Positions 39,924-48,725 of a DNA stretch of 64,000 nucleotides are shown in pieces (the first letter of the stretch is position 1; each line of letters starts with the position of its first letter). Below the pieces are notes generated by a model. It ran no database searches and was not told the DNA's origin. It was given only the letters and a program-made list of their open reading frames with translations. The DNA is from Actinomycetes bacterium (lineage in GTDB: Bacteria; Actinomycetota; Acidimicrobiia; Spongiisociales; UBA5794): the NCBI GenBank assembly GCA_024638645.1, contig JAHEJX010000213.1, positions 969 through 64,968 on the forward strand, read 5' to 3'. A program made the position numbers and the translations under genes.

Positions 39924-39960
39924 CAAAGGTCTGAAGAAGCTGTGTTTCTTCAGACCTTTG
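39924..39960. terminator. 15-bp perfect stem-loop (caaaggtctgaagaa / ttcttcagacctttg) in the prfB-ftsE intergenic region
   Basis: Read directly. A T-rich tract (tttgtta) follows on the plus strand. Confidence 0.5.
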
Positions 39961-40043
39961 TTAGCATTCTGCCGCGGAGACGGGGGCGAGCGATAAATGT
40001 TGGGGTTGACCCAACTTCATCTATTTGAGGGCCACAAAACTCC

Positions 40044-40895
40044 ATGATCCGTCTCGAGAACGTCACCAAGGTCTACGACGGTGGCGTCGTTGCGCTCAAG
40101 GACGTCTCGATTGACGTCAGCAAGGGCGAATTCGTATTCCTCGTCGGGCCGTCTGGGTCGGGAAAGTCGACCTTGATTCGCCTGATGATGCGAGAAGAAC
40201 GGCCCACCAACGGCGAGATCTGGATCGCCGGAAAACACGCCTCGAAGATGCCCAACTGGAAGGTGCCCCACCTACGTCGCTCCATCGGCACTGTATTTCA
40301 GGACTTCAAGCTTCTGCCCACCAAGACGGTCTTCGAAAACGTCTCGTATGCACTCGAAGTAACCGGTCGACCGCGCAACCTGGTTCGCAACCAGGTTCCC
40401 CAGGTCTTGAAGCTCGTCGGCCTTTCTGCCAAGTCGGATCGATATCCGCGGCAGTTGTCCGGCGGTGAGCAGCAGCGGGTATCCGTCGCCCGCGCATTCG
40501 TGAATCGCCCTTTGATTCTCCTCGCCGACGAACCGACTGGAAACCTCGACCCGGCCACGTCTGTCGGAATCATGCGGATCTTGGACCGCATCAATCGCAC
40601 CGGTACGACTGTCGTGATGGCGACTCACGACCACGCAATCGTCGATGCCATGCGTCGTCGTGTTGTCCAGGTGGAGCGGGGTCGGATAGTGCGAGATCAG
40701 TCTCGTGGCGCCTACGAGCAGCGGACGGACGCAGTTGAACCGGCACCGATCATCCGGACTGAAGCCGGGGAATCCCGGGCGGCACGTGAGCTCGCCGAAG
40801 CAGAGGCCGAGCTGGCCGAGCTACCGATTGACGAGGAATTCGAGTCACCGGATGACCTCGATGCAGGCGAGTCGTTTGAGGAGGGACTGGGTTGA
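40044..40895 (+). CDS. ftsE: Cell-division ABC ATPase FtsE with a ~55-aa acidic C-terminal extension
   Basis: Walker A GPSGSGKST, ABC signature LSGGEQQR, Walker B ILLADEPTGNLD. Confidence 0.9.
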   Translation: MIRLENVTKVYDGGVVALKDVSIDVSKGEFVFLVGPSGSGKSTLIRLMMREERPTNGEIWIAGKHASKMPNWKVPHLRRSIGTVFQDFKLLPTKTVFENVSYALEVTGRPRNLVRNQVPQVLKLVGLSAKSDRYPRQLSGGEQQRVSVARAFVNRPLILLADEPTGNLDPATSVGIMRILDRINRTGTTVVMATHDHAIVDAMRRRVVQVERGRIVRDQSRGAYEQRTDAVEPAPIIRTEAGESRAARELAEAEAELAELPIDEEFESPDDLDAGESFEEGLG

Positions 40896-41776
40896 GCCGC
40901 CTCCAATATGTGTTTGGTGAGGCGTTGCGCAACATGGGTCGCAACGCGCTAGTCGTGCTCGGCGCGGTGCTGGCCGTGTTCGTGTCCCTCTTCCTCGTCT
41001 TCGGCACGCTCATGTTCGGCGAGATTGCAAGCGAAAACGCCGCCCAATGGTCCGATGACGTCCGTGTCGAAGCCTTCCTCAGTGATGAGCTGCGCAACGT
41101 CGATCAGCTTCAAGGCGAGATCGCTGAGTGGTCGGACGTCGATGAAGTCACGTATGTCTCGAAGCCGGAAGCCGTCGAAAACGCTCGCGAGATATTCGCC
41201 GACAATCAGGCGATTCTCGATCTCATCGACGAAGATCCTTCGTTCATTCCAGCCTCGTTGCGGATTCGACCTTCCGATCTCCAGGATTACGACGGCATTG
41301 CCTCCCGTCTCGAGGCCACCCCGGGCGTCCTCGAGGTGATCAGCGCCGGCGACGCTGTGAACCAGCTCATCTCTCTGCGCGACGGTCTCCAAGTCTTCTC
41401 CTGGGCGTTGGCAATCGCCCTTGGGGCTGCGGCCATCGCCCTGATTGCGAACACCATCCACATGGCGGTCTACGCGCGTCGTGAAGAGATCGAAATCATG
41501 AAGCTCGTCGGGGCAAGCAACTGGTATGTGCGCGTTCCGTTCTTACTCGAAGGCATGCTCGAGGGGCTCATTGGGGCCCTCGTCGCCGTGGCGGTGGGGC
41601 TGGGTGCCTATCGCCTCGGGTTCGACCAGATTCAGGGCCTCGTTCCGCTCATTGACCTGACCGTCAGCACGGACTTCCTCCTCCAGCGTGCAATCGTCAT
41701 CGTTCTCTTCGGTGTCGTCGTTGGTGCCGTCGGCTCCGCAATCAGCCTGGCAGTGCACCGGTACATCCGAACGTGA
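40892..41776 (+). CDS. ftsX: Cell-division permease-like protein FtsX
   Basis: 4 TM helices with a large first extracytoplasmic loop. Overlaps ftsE. Confidence 0.85.
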   Translation: MSRLQYVFGEALRNMGRNALVVLGAVLAVFVSLFLVFGTLMFGEIASENAAQWSDDVRVEAFLSDELRNVDQLQGEIAEWSDVDEVTYVSKPEAVENAREIFADNQAILDLIDEDPSFIPASLRIRPSDLQDYDGIASRLEATPGVLEVISAGDAVNQLISLRDGLQVFSWALAIALGAAAIALIANTIHMAVYARREEIEIMKLVGASNWYVRVPFLLEGMLEGLIGALVAVAVGLGAYRLGFDQIQGLVPLIDLTVSTDFLLQRAIVIVLFGVVVGAVGSAISLAVHRYIRT

Positions 41777-42972
41777 CGGCGCCGCGGCGCCTTTCGATCG
41801 CGCTCGCCGTGGCAATGGCTCTGTCCATGTTCCCCGGGGCGACCGCTGCGGCAGATCTCGACGACGAGCTGGCCGAAGTCAATGGGCAAATCGATGACTT
41901 GGAGCGCAGACTCGAAGGAGCCGCCTCGCGGCGGACCGGGATCATCGCCGAGATTCTCGAGGTTCGAGACCGACTCAACGCCGCATATGCAGAACTCGAA
42001 GTAGCCGAAGGCAATCTCCGTGAGGTGCGGGTGTCCTTGGCCGCCAATGAGTTCGAGCTGGCGACGACCCAGGAGGCACTCACGCTGGGCTACGAGGCGA
42101 TCGCAGAGACCCGCCGCCGTATCGAGGTCAATCGTGGAGATGCCCAGTCTTGGGTGCGCCAGCAGTACATGCGGCGGGCGGAGAGCGAGGCAGCTGCGCT
42201 TGTCTTGACGACAGACAGAGTTGCGGACATCGGGCGGATGGTCTTCCTCATGGAGACTCTCTCGGAACGATCGACTGCTTCGATCGACCGCCACCAAGCC
42301 CTCGGTGCCGAAGAAGCCAGGCAGCAGACCCGCAACGAGGCGCGGGAGGTCGCGCTCGAAGACCTGCGCGTCACTCTGCTCGAAGAGGAAGCTGTGCGGT
42401 CCGAGCTGTCAGGGCGGGCCACTGAACTGACCAAGACCGTGCGCCGCGAACTGGGCACTCAGCAGGCTCTGCTCGCAGAGCTCGACAGCGTGATCCACGA
42501 GTTCGAAACAGAGCTCGACGGTTTGGAACGCGAGCAGGACAGGCTCGAGGAGCTGATCAGGGGATCGTCGGGTGGGGGAGGGTCGAGCCCCGGTCAGCTG
42601 GTGCGACCGGTACCCGGTGCCATCACATCTCCGTTCGGTCCTCGACTCCACCCGATTCTCGGTTACACCCGCATGCACACCGGTGTGGACATGACTGCGC
42701 CGCTGGGTCAGGACATCAAAGCTGGCGCGGCCGGCACGGTCATCCTCGCCGAGACCTACGGCGGTTACGGTCTGACGGTCGTCATTGATCATGGCGGCGG
42801 CATGACGACCCTCTATGCTCACCAGTCCCGCCTGTTCGTCTCACGTGGCGAAGCGGTGGCCGCCGGCGAGGTCGTCGGCGAGGCGGGTAGCACCGGCTTG
42901 GCGACAGGTCCCCATCTCCACTTCGAAGTCCGTATCGATGGCACGCCCGTCGACCCGGCGGACTACCTCTAG
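41773..42972 (+). CDS. Coiled-coil M23 (LytM) peptidoglycan endopeptidase, a candidate FtsEX-regulated hydrolase (RipC/PcsB/EnvC-like)
   Basis: Signal peptide, ~250-aa coiled coil, and a C-terminal M23 domain (HTGVDM...HLHFEV). GTGA overlap with ftsX. Confidence 0.85.
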   Translation: MTAPRRLSIALAVAMALSMFPGATAAADLDDELAEVNGQIDDLERRLEGAASRRTGIIAEILEVRDRLNAAYAELEVAEGNLREVRVSLAANEFELATTQEALTLGYEAIAETRRRIEVNRGDAQSWVRQQYMRRAESEAAALVLTTDRVADIGRMVFLMETLSERSTASIDRHQALGAEEARQQTRNEAREVALEDLRVTLLEEEAVRSELSGRATELTKTVRRELGTQQALLAELDSVIHEFETELDGLEREQDRLEELIRGSSGGGGSSPGQLVRPVPGAITSPFGPRLHPILGYTRMHTGVDMTAPLGQDIKAGAAGTVILAETYGGYGLTVVIDHGGGMTTLYAHQSRLFVSRGEAVAAGEVVGEAGSTGLATGPHLHFEVRIDGTPVDPADYL

Positions 42973-43060
42973 AGCCACTCGATGGACACCGCCGCAGTTT
43001 GGACAGCCGACCATCGAATATCGACCACTGACTGCTGAGTTCTGAGTACCCTGAATAGCT

Positions 43061-43525
43061 ATGGCCAAGACTGAAAGCGGCCGCAAGGTCGTTGTGAGCA
43101 ATCGTAAGGCCCGGCACGACTACGAGATCTCAGACACCTTCGAGTGCGGTATCGCGCTCCTCGGCTCCGAAGTCAAGAGTCTCCGCTCCGGCCAGGTGCA
43201 GCTCAAAGATGCGTACGCCGAAGTGCGCGACGGCGAACTGTGGCTGTACAACGCGCACATTGCACCGTACGACTTTGCTCGCGGGGGAGGCCATGAGCCG
43301 GACCGGCCCCGCAAGCTCCTGGTACATCGCCGTCAGATCGACAATCTGGCCGGCCGCGTGGCTCAGGACGGCCTAACACTCGTGCCGCTTTCGATCTACT
43401 TCGTTCATGGGCTTGCCAAGGTGGAGTTGGCGCTCGCCAAAGGAATCAGGCGATTCGACAAGCGCCAGAAGCTCAAAGAACGCGAGCAGCAGCGCGAAAT
43501 GGAAAGAGCCCGCCGCCACTATTGA
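43061..43525 (+). CDS. smpB: SsrA-binding protein SmpB
   Basis: Canonical SmpB sequence (ARHDYEI...G..L.G.EVKS...G...L). Confidence 0.9.
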   Translation: MAKTESGRKVVVSNRKARHDYEISDTFECGIALLGSEVKSLRSGQVQLKDAYAEVRDGELWLYNAHIAPYDFARGGGHEPDRPRKLLVHRRQIDNLAGRVAQDGLTLVPLSIYFVHGLAKVELALAKGIRRFDKRQKLKEREQQREMERARRHY

Positions 43526-44436
43526 GCATGCGATGTGCGATGCTCCTTGGCCCACGCAATCGAGTAGTGCACAACGGCAATGCCGGCCAGGACTATCAGT
43601 GACCCGAGGGCCCGCCGAAAGCCGAATGGCTCATCGAGGAACCACACGGCCAGCACCGGTACGAATATCAGTTGGGTGGAAGCGATCACCCCGATGTGAA
43701 GTGCACGCAGCGTTTGAATGGCTCGATGCCATATGAAAAAGGCAACGGCGGTGTTGACGACCCCGAGGACGAGCAGCAGGAAGATGAGGCGAAGATCGAG
43801 GCTGGGCCTGCTGTCCACAAAGAAGGCGAGCCCGCCGAGGATTGCTGCCCCGATTGTCATCGACACGGTGGTCACCTCGAGCGCGGACGTCTCGTCCTCA
43901 CGCAGAACCTGGCGCTGTATGAGATTTGACGTGCCGATGACCGCTGCGGCGACGCCGGCCAGAAAGACGCCTCGCCCGTCGGCGCCGATAGGGCGCACAG
44001 GAAAGAACACCCACGCCCCCAGAACCACAGCCGCCACGCCCAGCCACTCCCACCACGTCGTGCTTTCTTTGAGAATCATCCCCGCCGTCAGCGCCAGCAT
44101 GAGCGGGATCCCCGCCTGGAACACGAAGTTGAACGAGACGGGATCGGTCTGATCCAATCCTATGAATTGCATCGCGGGGACCGCGGCATACAGCAGGACT
44201 CCGAGAGCAACGACCAGCAGCGCATTGTTGCCTGCAATGGTCCGCCTCCGCTCACCACGGTAGAGCCAGTAGACCAGCAGGCTCGCGGCGCCGATCGCGT
44301 AGCGGAGAGCAGCGAACGTGATCGGTTCGAGGTCCGTGAGCCCAATCTCGATGTATATGAAAGAGCTGGCCCAAAGAAACGACGCGATGAACGCGAGTGT
44401 GACCGCGGTTGCCTGATTCGGCTTCGCTGTTTCCAG
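43519..44436 (-). CDS. EamA/DMT-family 10-TM transporter. The N-terminal EamA domain has no ATG/GTG/TTG; a CTG at 44436 is the tentative start.
   Basis: The in-frame hydrophobic region upstream of the ORF-track ATG (44172) encodes TM1-3 (TLAFIASFLWASSFIYIEIGL...). The frame runs directly from the stop of the upstream gene. Confidence 0.5.
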   Translation of the reverse strand: METAKPNQATAVTLAFIASFLWASSFIYIEIGLTDLEPITFAALRYAIGAASLLVYWLYRGERRRTIAGNNALLVVALGVLLYAAVPAMQFIGLDQTDPVSFNFVFQAGIPLMLALTAGMILKESTTWWEWLGVAAVVLGAWVFFPVRPIGADGRGVFLAGVAAAVIGTSNLIQRQVLREDETSALEVTTVSMTIGAAILGGLAFFVDSRPSLDLRLIFLLLVLGVVNTAVAFFIWHRAIQTLRALHIGVIASTQLIFVPVLAVWFLDEPFGFRRALGSLIVLAGIAVVHYSIAWAKEHRTSHAQ

Positions 44437-44454
44437 TTCGGACCCTTTGGGCGG

Positions 44455-45582
44455 CTAGCCGGCTACCTCTGTCGACGCCGACACTTGGAGTGCGTCGTGA
44501 ACAGTGCGGAGTGCTTCTGCCCGATCTTCGGGGCTGCCCGCCAGGTCGAGATTGCCGGAATCGATCCAGATCACGTCCGCGCCGAGATTATTCCACCAAT
44601 CGCGGTAGCCGTCATAGATCGACCTAGCCAGAACCTCGTCGAGGTGTTGTTCGCCCTCGCGGCTTCTCTCGCCAATTCGCTCCATGCACGCTTCGAAAGG
44701 GGCATCGACGGCGACGATCCGATCTGGCAACTGCAAGCCCGGCAGCAATCCGTGATACATGTCCAGCAGCGTCTTGAGGTCGCTTTCCCCGTAAGCGCCC
44801 GCGCGGTGATAGGCCGCAAAGAACACCTCACCGTCGTCGAGAATCGACCGTTCCTGAGCGACCCGCCCCCGTAGGCCCGGCAATTGCTGGTGCTGCTGCG
44901 CCCGCTTCGCCAGGTAGTAGACCTGCATCCGAAACGCGAGGTCCTCGGGATTGGCGTAGACCTCGCCGAGGTAGGGGTTCTCCTCGTTGGGCTCTTCGAG
45001 CTGTTGCCATCCACCGTGCTCGCTCAGGATTTCGAGCAGAGTCGTCTTGCCTGCTCCCAGCGGTCCGGTCACCGCTATGTAGGTCGGTTCCTTGGTCGAC
45101 AGATCGACCTGGGGACTGTCGGTTCGAAGATCGACTGCGACATCGGTCTTGGTGAGCATCGACCGCAGCTCTTCGATATCGGCTGCGATTTCATAGTCCA
45201 ATACCCCATCGATCATCAGGTTGTTGCCGCCGGGTTCCACTGCGCGAAAATCCGTCTGCAGACCGATCAAACGTTTGTCCAACCCATATGCGACTCCGGC
45301 TTCGATGCACGCTCCCTCGTCTGGCACGCGACCGTCCAGATTGAAGATGAGAACTTCGGCCTGCCGCACCGCATCGAGGTTCTGCTCGAAAATGTGATGC
45401 CTCGCTTCGGCGAGGGTCATCCCCTTGTCCATATAGTCCTCGAGGAAGCCGGCATCTTCCTGAGGGAACCAGGTCTCTAATCCACATTCGTCCAGCATCG
45501 CTTTCACTCTGAGATTGAACTCACGTTCACCCTCGTTGAACAAAGCGGCGGCGTAATACGCCCGAATTCGTTGATTCGACAT
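44455..45582 (-). CDS. Fusion protein: N-terminal nucleoside 2-deoxyribosyltransferase/DNPH1-like domain plus C-terminal deoxynucleoside kinase (dNK family)
   Basis: N-terminus IRAYYAAALFNEGEREFN (NDT/Rcl-type YxxGxxF..E motif). The C-terminal half has a P-loop IAVTGPLGAGKTT and the dNK-family layout. ATG at 45582 with a GGAGAGG RBS, 11 nt spacing. The ORF-track extension is rejected. Confidence 0.6.
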   Translation of the reverse strand: MSNQRIRAYYAAALFNEGEREFNLRVKAMLDECGLETWFPQEDAGFLEDYMDKGMTLAEARHHIFEQNLDAVRQAEVLIFNLDGRVPDEGACIEAGVAYGLDKRLIGLQTDFRAVEPGGNNLMIDGVLDYEIAADIEELRSMLTKTDVAVDLRTDSPQVDLSTKEPTYIAVTGPLGAGKTTLLEILSEHGGWQQLEEPNEENPYLGEVYANPEDLAFRMQVYYLAKRAQQHQQLPGLRGRVAQERSILDDGEVFFAAYHRAGAYGESDLKTLLDMYHGLLPGLQLPDRIVAVDAPFEACMERIGERSREGEQHLDEVLARSIYDGYRDWWNNLGADVIWIDSGNLDLAGSPEDRAEALRTVHDALQVSASTEVAG

Positions 45583-45872
45583 GCTTTTCCGACCTCTCCA
45601 TAGCGTCCCCCCTGTTGGTCGGACGTTTCCCCTATCGAGCCCCGCACGCCGAGAGCCCACCAGTATCCGACTGGATGACGGAATATAACGCCGCCAACCG
45701 ATCAACGCACTCTGGATTAGGAACATGGTCAATAATGGACTAGTCACTGGGTCAGAGGATGGGCAGTAGTGACAAGTGATGTTTGGCGAACGCTCAGGGG
45801 GAGATGCGATCTCTGCAGGACATCGAATAAGCGAGTCTCATATGACGTTTACACTTCCGAATGATCCCCCAT

Positions 45873-46229
45873 GGGGGTGAAACGGTATCGACCATGAGAG
45901 TTGAGGTAGCGGAAGCGAGCCGAGGTACCCCGGAGTCCTCGTTAAAAGCCGGGAAACAACAACAAGTGCCAACCAAGAGGTAGCACTGGCCGCTTAATTG
46001 CCGGCCTGTCCGCCCGGAGGGTTCCCGCCTCACCGGACTCGGGCAACGCAATGCGGGACGCAGCTGGATGGGACGTCATAGCCCGCTAGTCAAGTAACAC
46101 TCTGACTAGGACCGAGAGACTTTGTGCCGGCGGCATCTCGAGGTCCGAAACACCGCCGCCGGCTGCGCTCGGAGATGCCGCTAACCGATTCCTTGTGGGA
46201 CGGGGGTTCGACTCCCCCCACCTCCACCA
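45873..46229 (+). ncRNA. ssrA: tmRNA (ssrA), 357 nt
   Basis: 5' GGGGGTG pairs with 3' CACCTCC-ACCA, with a G3:U70 wobble (alanine identity). T-arm GGGGGTTCGACTCCCCC. Tag frame GCC AAC CAA GAG GTA GCA CTG GCC GCT TAA (ANQEVALAA) at 45968..45997. Confidence 0.9.
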
Positions 46230-46232
46230 GCA

Positions 46233-46260
46233 AGAAGCGAGCCCTAGGGGGCTCGCTTCT
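46233..46260 (+). terminator. 12-bp stem-loop immediately 3' of tmRNA
   Basis: agaagcgagccc tagg gggctcgcttct, read directly. Confidence 0.55.
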
Positions 46261-46265
46261 CGTGT

Positions 46266-46317
<52 letters not shown>

Positions 46318-46456
46318 TTCTCGTGCGATCTTGTTGGTTCCCCCGCAGGGGGAACAGACCGACGCAGGAGGTCAGGAAAGGGGGTGTCAGCAGGCGCGGG
46401 ATTACTTCGTAATCCCGTTCGAGTTTGCAGAGCAAACTCGGCTATGTGGAGGATCG

Positions 46457-47251
46457 TTACTGACTACTGACCAGCGCCAGTTGGCTTGCTGTCGCCACCA
46501 ACCTTCCGCTGTTGTCGTGGATGACGACTTCTTCTGTGACTCTGTCGTAGTTCTTGCGGGGGCTGGTCGTGCGCATGCGGAGCCAGCCGGGGTTGGGTTG
46601 TTGGCGGACGTGCACGCTCAGTGAGATCGTTGGCAGCCACTGCGGAGCGCTGGGGAGATTGAATACCGGTGGCGGCAGGGCGTCTGCCAAGAAGATAAGA
46701 GCCAGCGGATCGATCGGGCGTTCATCCTTGAATCTGATGTGGGCGGTGATCTGTGGTGCGCCGCTTGGGGTGCCATCAAGAAAACCCGCCTCCTCGGGGG
46801 GCATGTATGCCTCGATCCGGTCCGCCACCGTTGCGTTCTCGAAGCCGCTTCGGTCAGGCTGGATGCACTCTTCAATCGGCGGCAAGTCGGTTAGGGCAGG
46901 GATGAGATCGTGGGTCACGATGTGACGAATCGGCCCGAAAGTGCCTAGTAGCGAAACGATAGGCTTGTCGTCTTGGGTCACAGTCGCAGTCACGCGAGAG
47001 AGCATGCGGCCGGCCCAGATCAAGGAGGTTGCGACGCTGACGGGGCCGACTCGAGCGGGCTTGATGAAGTGCGCCGACACAGAGACTGGATGTTCCTTTC
47101 CCGATGTGGCCGTCATGGCTCGTGCCGCTACGGCGGCGATGTATCCGCCGTTGACCGTGTCCCATACACCCCAGCCGTGGTCGAGGCTGGCGCTGAAGTG
47201 GTTGGGTGACTCCTCCACGACTGCGGTACCGATGTCGAACTCGGAATTCAT
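46457..47251 (-). CDS. Double hot-dog acyl-CoA thioesterase-like protein. ATG 47251 overlaps the GNAT stop as ATGA.
   Basis: TesB-like length and hot-dog fold pattern. Low sequence certainty. Confidence 0.5.
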   Translation of the reverse strand: MNSEFDIGTAVVEESPNHFSASLDHGWGVWDTVNGGYIAAVAARAMTATSGKEHPVSVSAHFIKPARVGPVSVATSLIWAGRMLSRVTATVTQDDKPIVSLLGTFGPIRHIVTHDLIPALTDLPPIEECIQPDRSGFENATVADRIEAYMPPEEAGFLDGTPSGAPQITAHIRFKDERPIDPLALIFLADALPPPVFNLPSAPQWLPTISLSVHVRQQPNPGWLRMRTTSPRKNYDRVTEEVVIHDNSGRLVATASQLALVSSQ

Positions 47252-47709
47252 GCCTCGCTCCACTCGTAGCCGACCGCCCGGAACTGCTTGCCGCCCAGCG
47301 ATTCATACAGTGCAACTGCCTCAGCATTGTCGCTCTCGGTGACGAGCCAGGTCTCGGTGGCGCCTTCGGATCGTGCAATCCGGCGGGCTTCCCGCATGAG
47401 CGCAGTTCCAACTCCTGAGCGGCGATGCGCCGCTGCGACCTCGAGGTCGTAGATCATGAGCATGCGGTCGCCGTCGACTCGATGAATAAGCGCCCCGTGC
47501 AGGTAGCCGGTCGGTTCTCCTTGTCTTTTGGCCACCAAGAGCACGAAATCCATGTTGCGCAGCGCTTGGCGGAGGCCCGCCGCATCTATTGAGCCGCTCG
47601 TGTAGATGTCCCCGAGTGCGACAGTTGCCGTTGCAGCATCAACTGCGCTGAGCCGTGTTATCTCCATGACTTGATCATATGCGGGTGAGAGGCCAAGGCC
47701 TCTACTCAC
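47248..47709 (-). CDS. GNAT N-acetyltransferase
   Basis: Acetyl-CoA binding motif RRSGVGTALM..A (Q/RxxGxG/A). Confidence 0.75.
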   Translation of the reverse strand: MSRGLGLSPAYDQVMEITRLSAVDAATATVALGDIYTSGSIDAAGLRQALRNMDFVLLVAKRQGEPTGYLHGALIHRVDGDRMLMIYDLEVAAAHRRSGVGTALMREARRIARSEGATETWLVTESDNAEAVALYESLGGKQFRAVGYEWSEA

Positions 47710-47771
47710 CTTGATCGCCCCAAAATAGGGTTTAGCTGTAAAGCGCGCACTCCCTGGAAAGGGGGTCGCTC

Positions 47772-48716
47772 ATGAAGCGACTGCCGCCGCTCCTCGTCGC
47801 TCTGCTGATAGTCGTCGCTGCATGTGGCGGCGCCGGCGAAACAACCACCTCGGTCGCTCCGACAACATCTGCGGCGCCGACGACAGAGCCTCCGATCATC
47901 GAGCCACCAACAACCGCTTCATCCACCATCGGACCCACGACTCCGCCGACCATCACCGCGCCGCCGACAAGTGTCGAACACGTCTCGGCCTATATGAGCG
48001 TTGGCGGTTGGGTAGCCCCAGTCGCCCGTGCTCTCGAGCCGGGTGCCGACCCGGTTCTCGCAGCCGTGACCGCGATGCTTGCAGGCTCGACGGCCGATGA
48101 GAAGGCAGGTTCACCGTCGATCCACGGCGTAGCTGAAGATGTCGAATTGCTCGGCCTCACTGTGGCCAATGGCGTTGCCGTCGTTGACCTTCCCAAGGAG
48201 TTCGACACACCAACGGGAACGTCAGGGGAAACCCAGACCTTGGCAGCCCTCACTTTCACATTGACCGAATTCGATGACATCAACGAAGTCGTACTAATGA
48301 TCGACGGGGAGAGGATCCAGTACTTCGGTGGCCACGGCTGGGATATCACGCCGTCCATCGATCGTGACACCTTTATGGCCAACGAAGGTGCCTTCGGAGC
48401 GGTGGCCGTTTGCGAGCCGGCATGGTGGCTGCCGGTCACGAGTCCGGTCACGGTTGCCGGCTATGCCCAGGGATTCCTCGGCAACGTGATGTTCGCCCTG
48501 TATGACAACGAAGGGCTCGAACTCGCGTCTGGGGAGGTCGCGCTGACTCCGCTCGCAGTCGACTTTGCCACCTATGGGTCGTACGAGATCTCGATCCCAT
48601 ACACGGTCGACTTCGCCCAACTGGGAGCAGTGATGGTGTGGGACGGCTCCGCAGGAGCGAGCGTCCAGGCCAATCTGGTCGAGCAAGCCATCTGGCTCAT
48701 GCCGGGTTCGTATTGA
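47772..48716 (+). CDS. Lipoprotein with a GerMN domain and a C-terminal Ig-like domain (LpqB-like architecture, smaller)
   Basis: Lipobox LVALLIVVAAC, Pro/Thr-rich linker, GerMN-like region. Confidence 0.5.
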   Translation: MKRLPPLLVALLIVVAACGGAGETTTSVAPTTSAAPTTEPPIIEPPTTASSTIGPTTPPTITAPPTSVEHVSAYMSVGGWVAPVARALEPGADPVLAAVTAMLAGSTADEKAGSPSIHGVAEDVELLGLTVANGVAVVDLPKEFDTPTGTSGETQTLAALTFTLTEFDDINEVVLMIDGERIQYFGGHGWDITPSIDRDTFMANEGAFGAVAVCEPAWWLPVTSPVTVAGYAQGFLGNVMFALYDNEGLELASGEVALTPLAVDFATYGSYEISIPYTVDFAQLGAVMVWDGSAGASVQANLVEQAIWLMPGSY

Positions 48717-48725
48717 GGAGGGGAT

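Noticed and set aside
39696-39926. 76-aa minus-strand ORF in the prfB-ftsE spacer
   Set aside because: It overlaps the REP-like elements, has biased Arg-rich composition and no RBS. It is more likely non-coding.
44160-44345. 61-aa minus-strand ORF and the ATG-44172 start for the EamA gene
   Set aside because: The 61-aa ORF is out of frame within the EamA N-terminal coding region. The ATG-44172 start would truncate three TM helices of a canonical EamA fold.
45583-45747. 55-aa N-terminal extension of the NDT-dNK ORF
   Set aside because: It would run into the tmRNA promoter region. The conserved NDT-like motif begins right after the internal ATG with an RBS.
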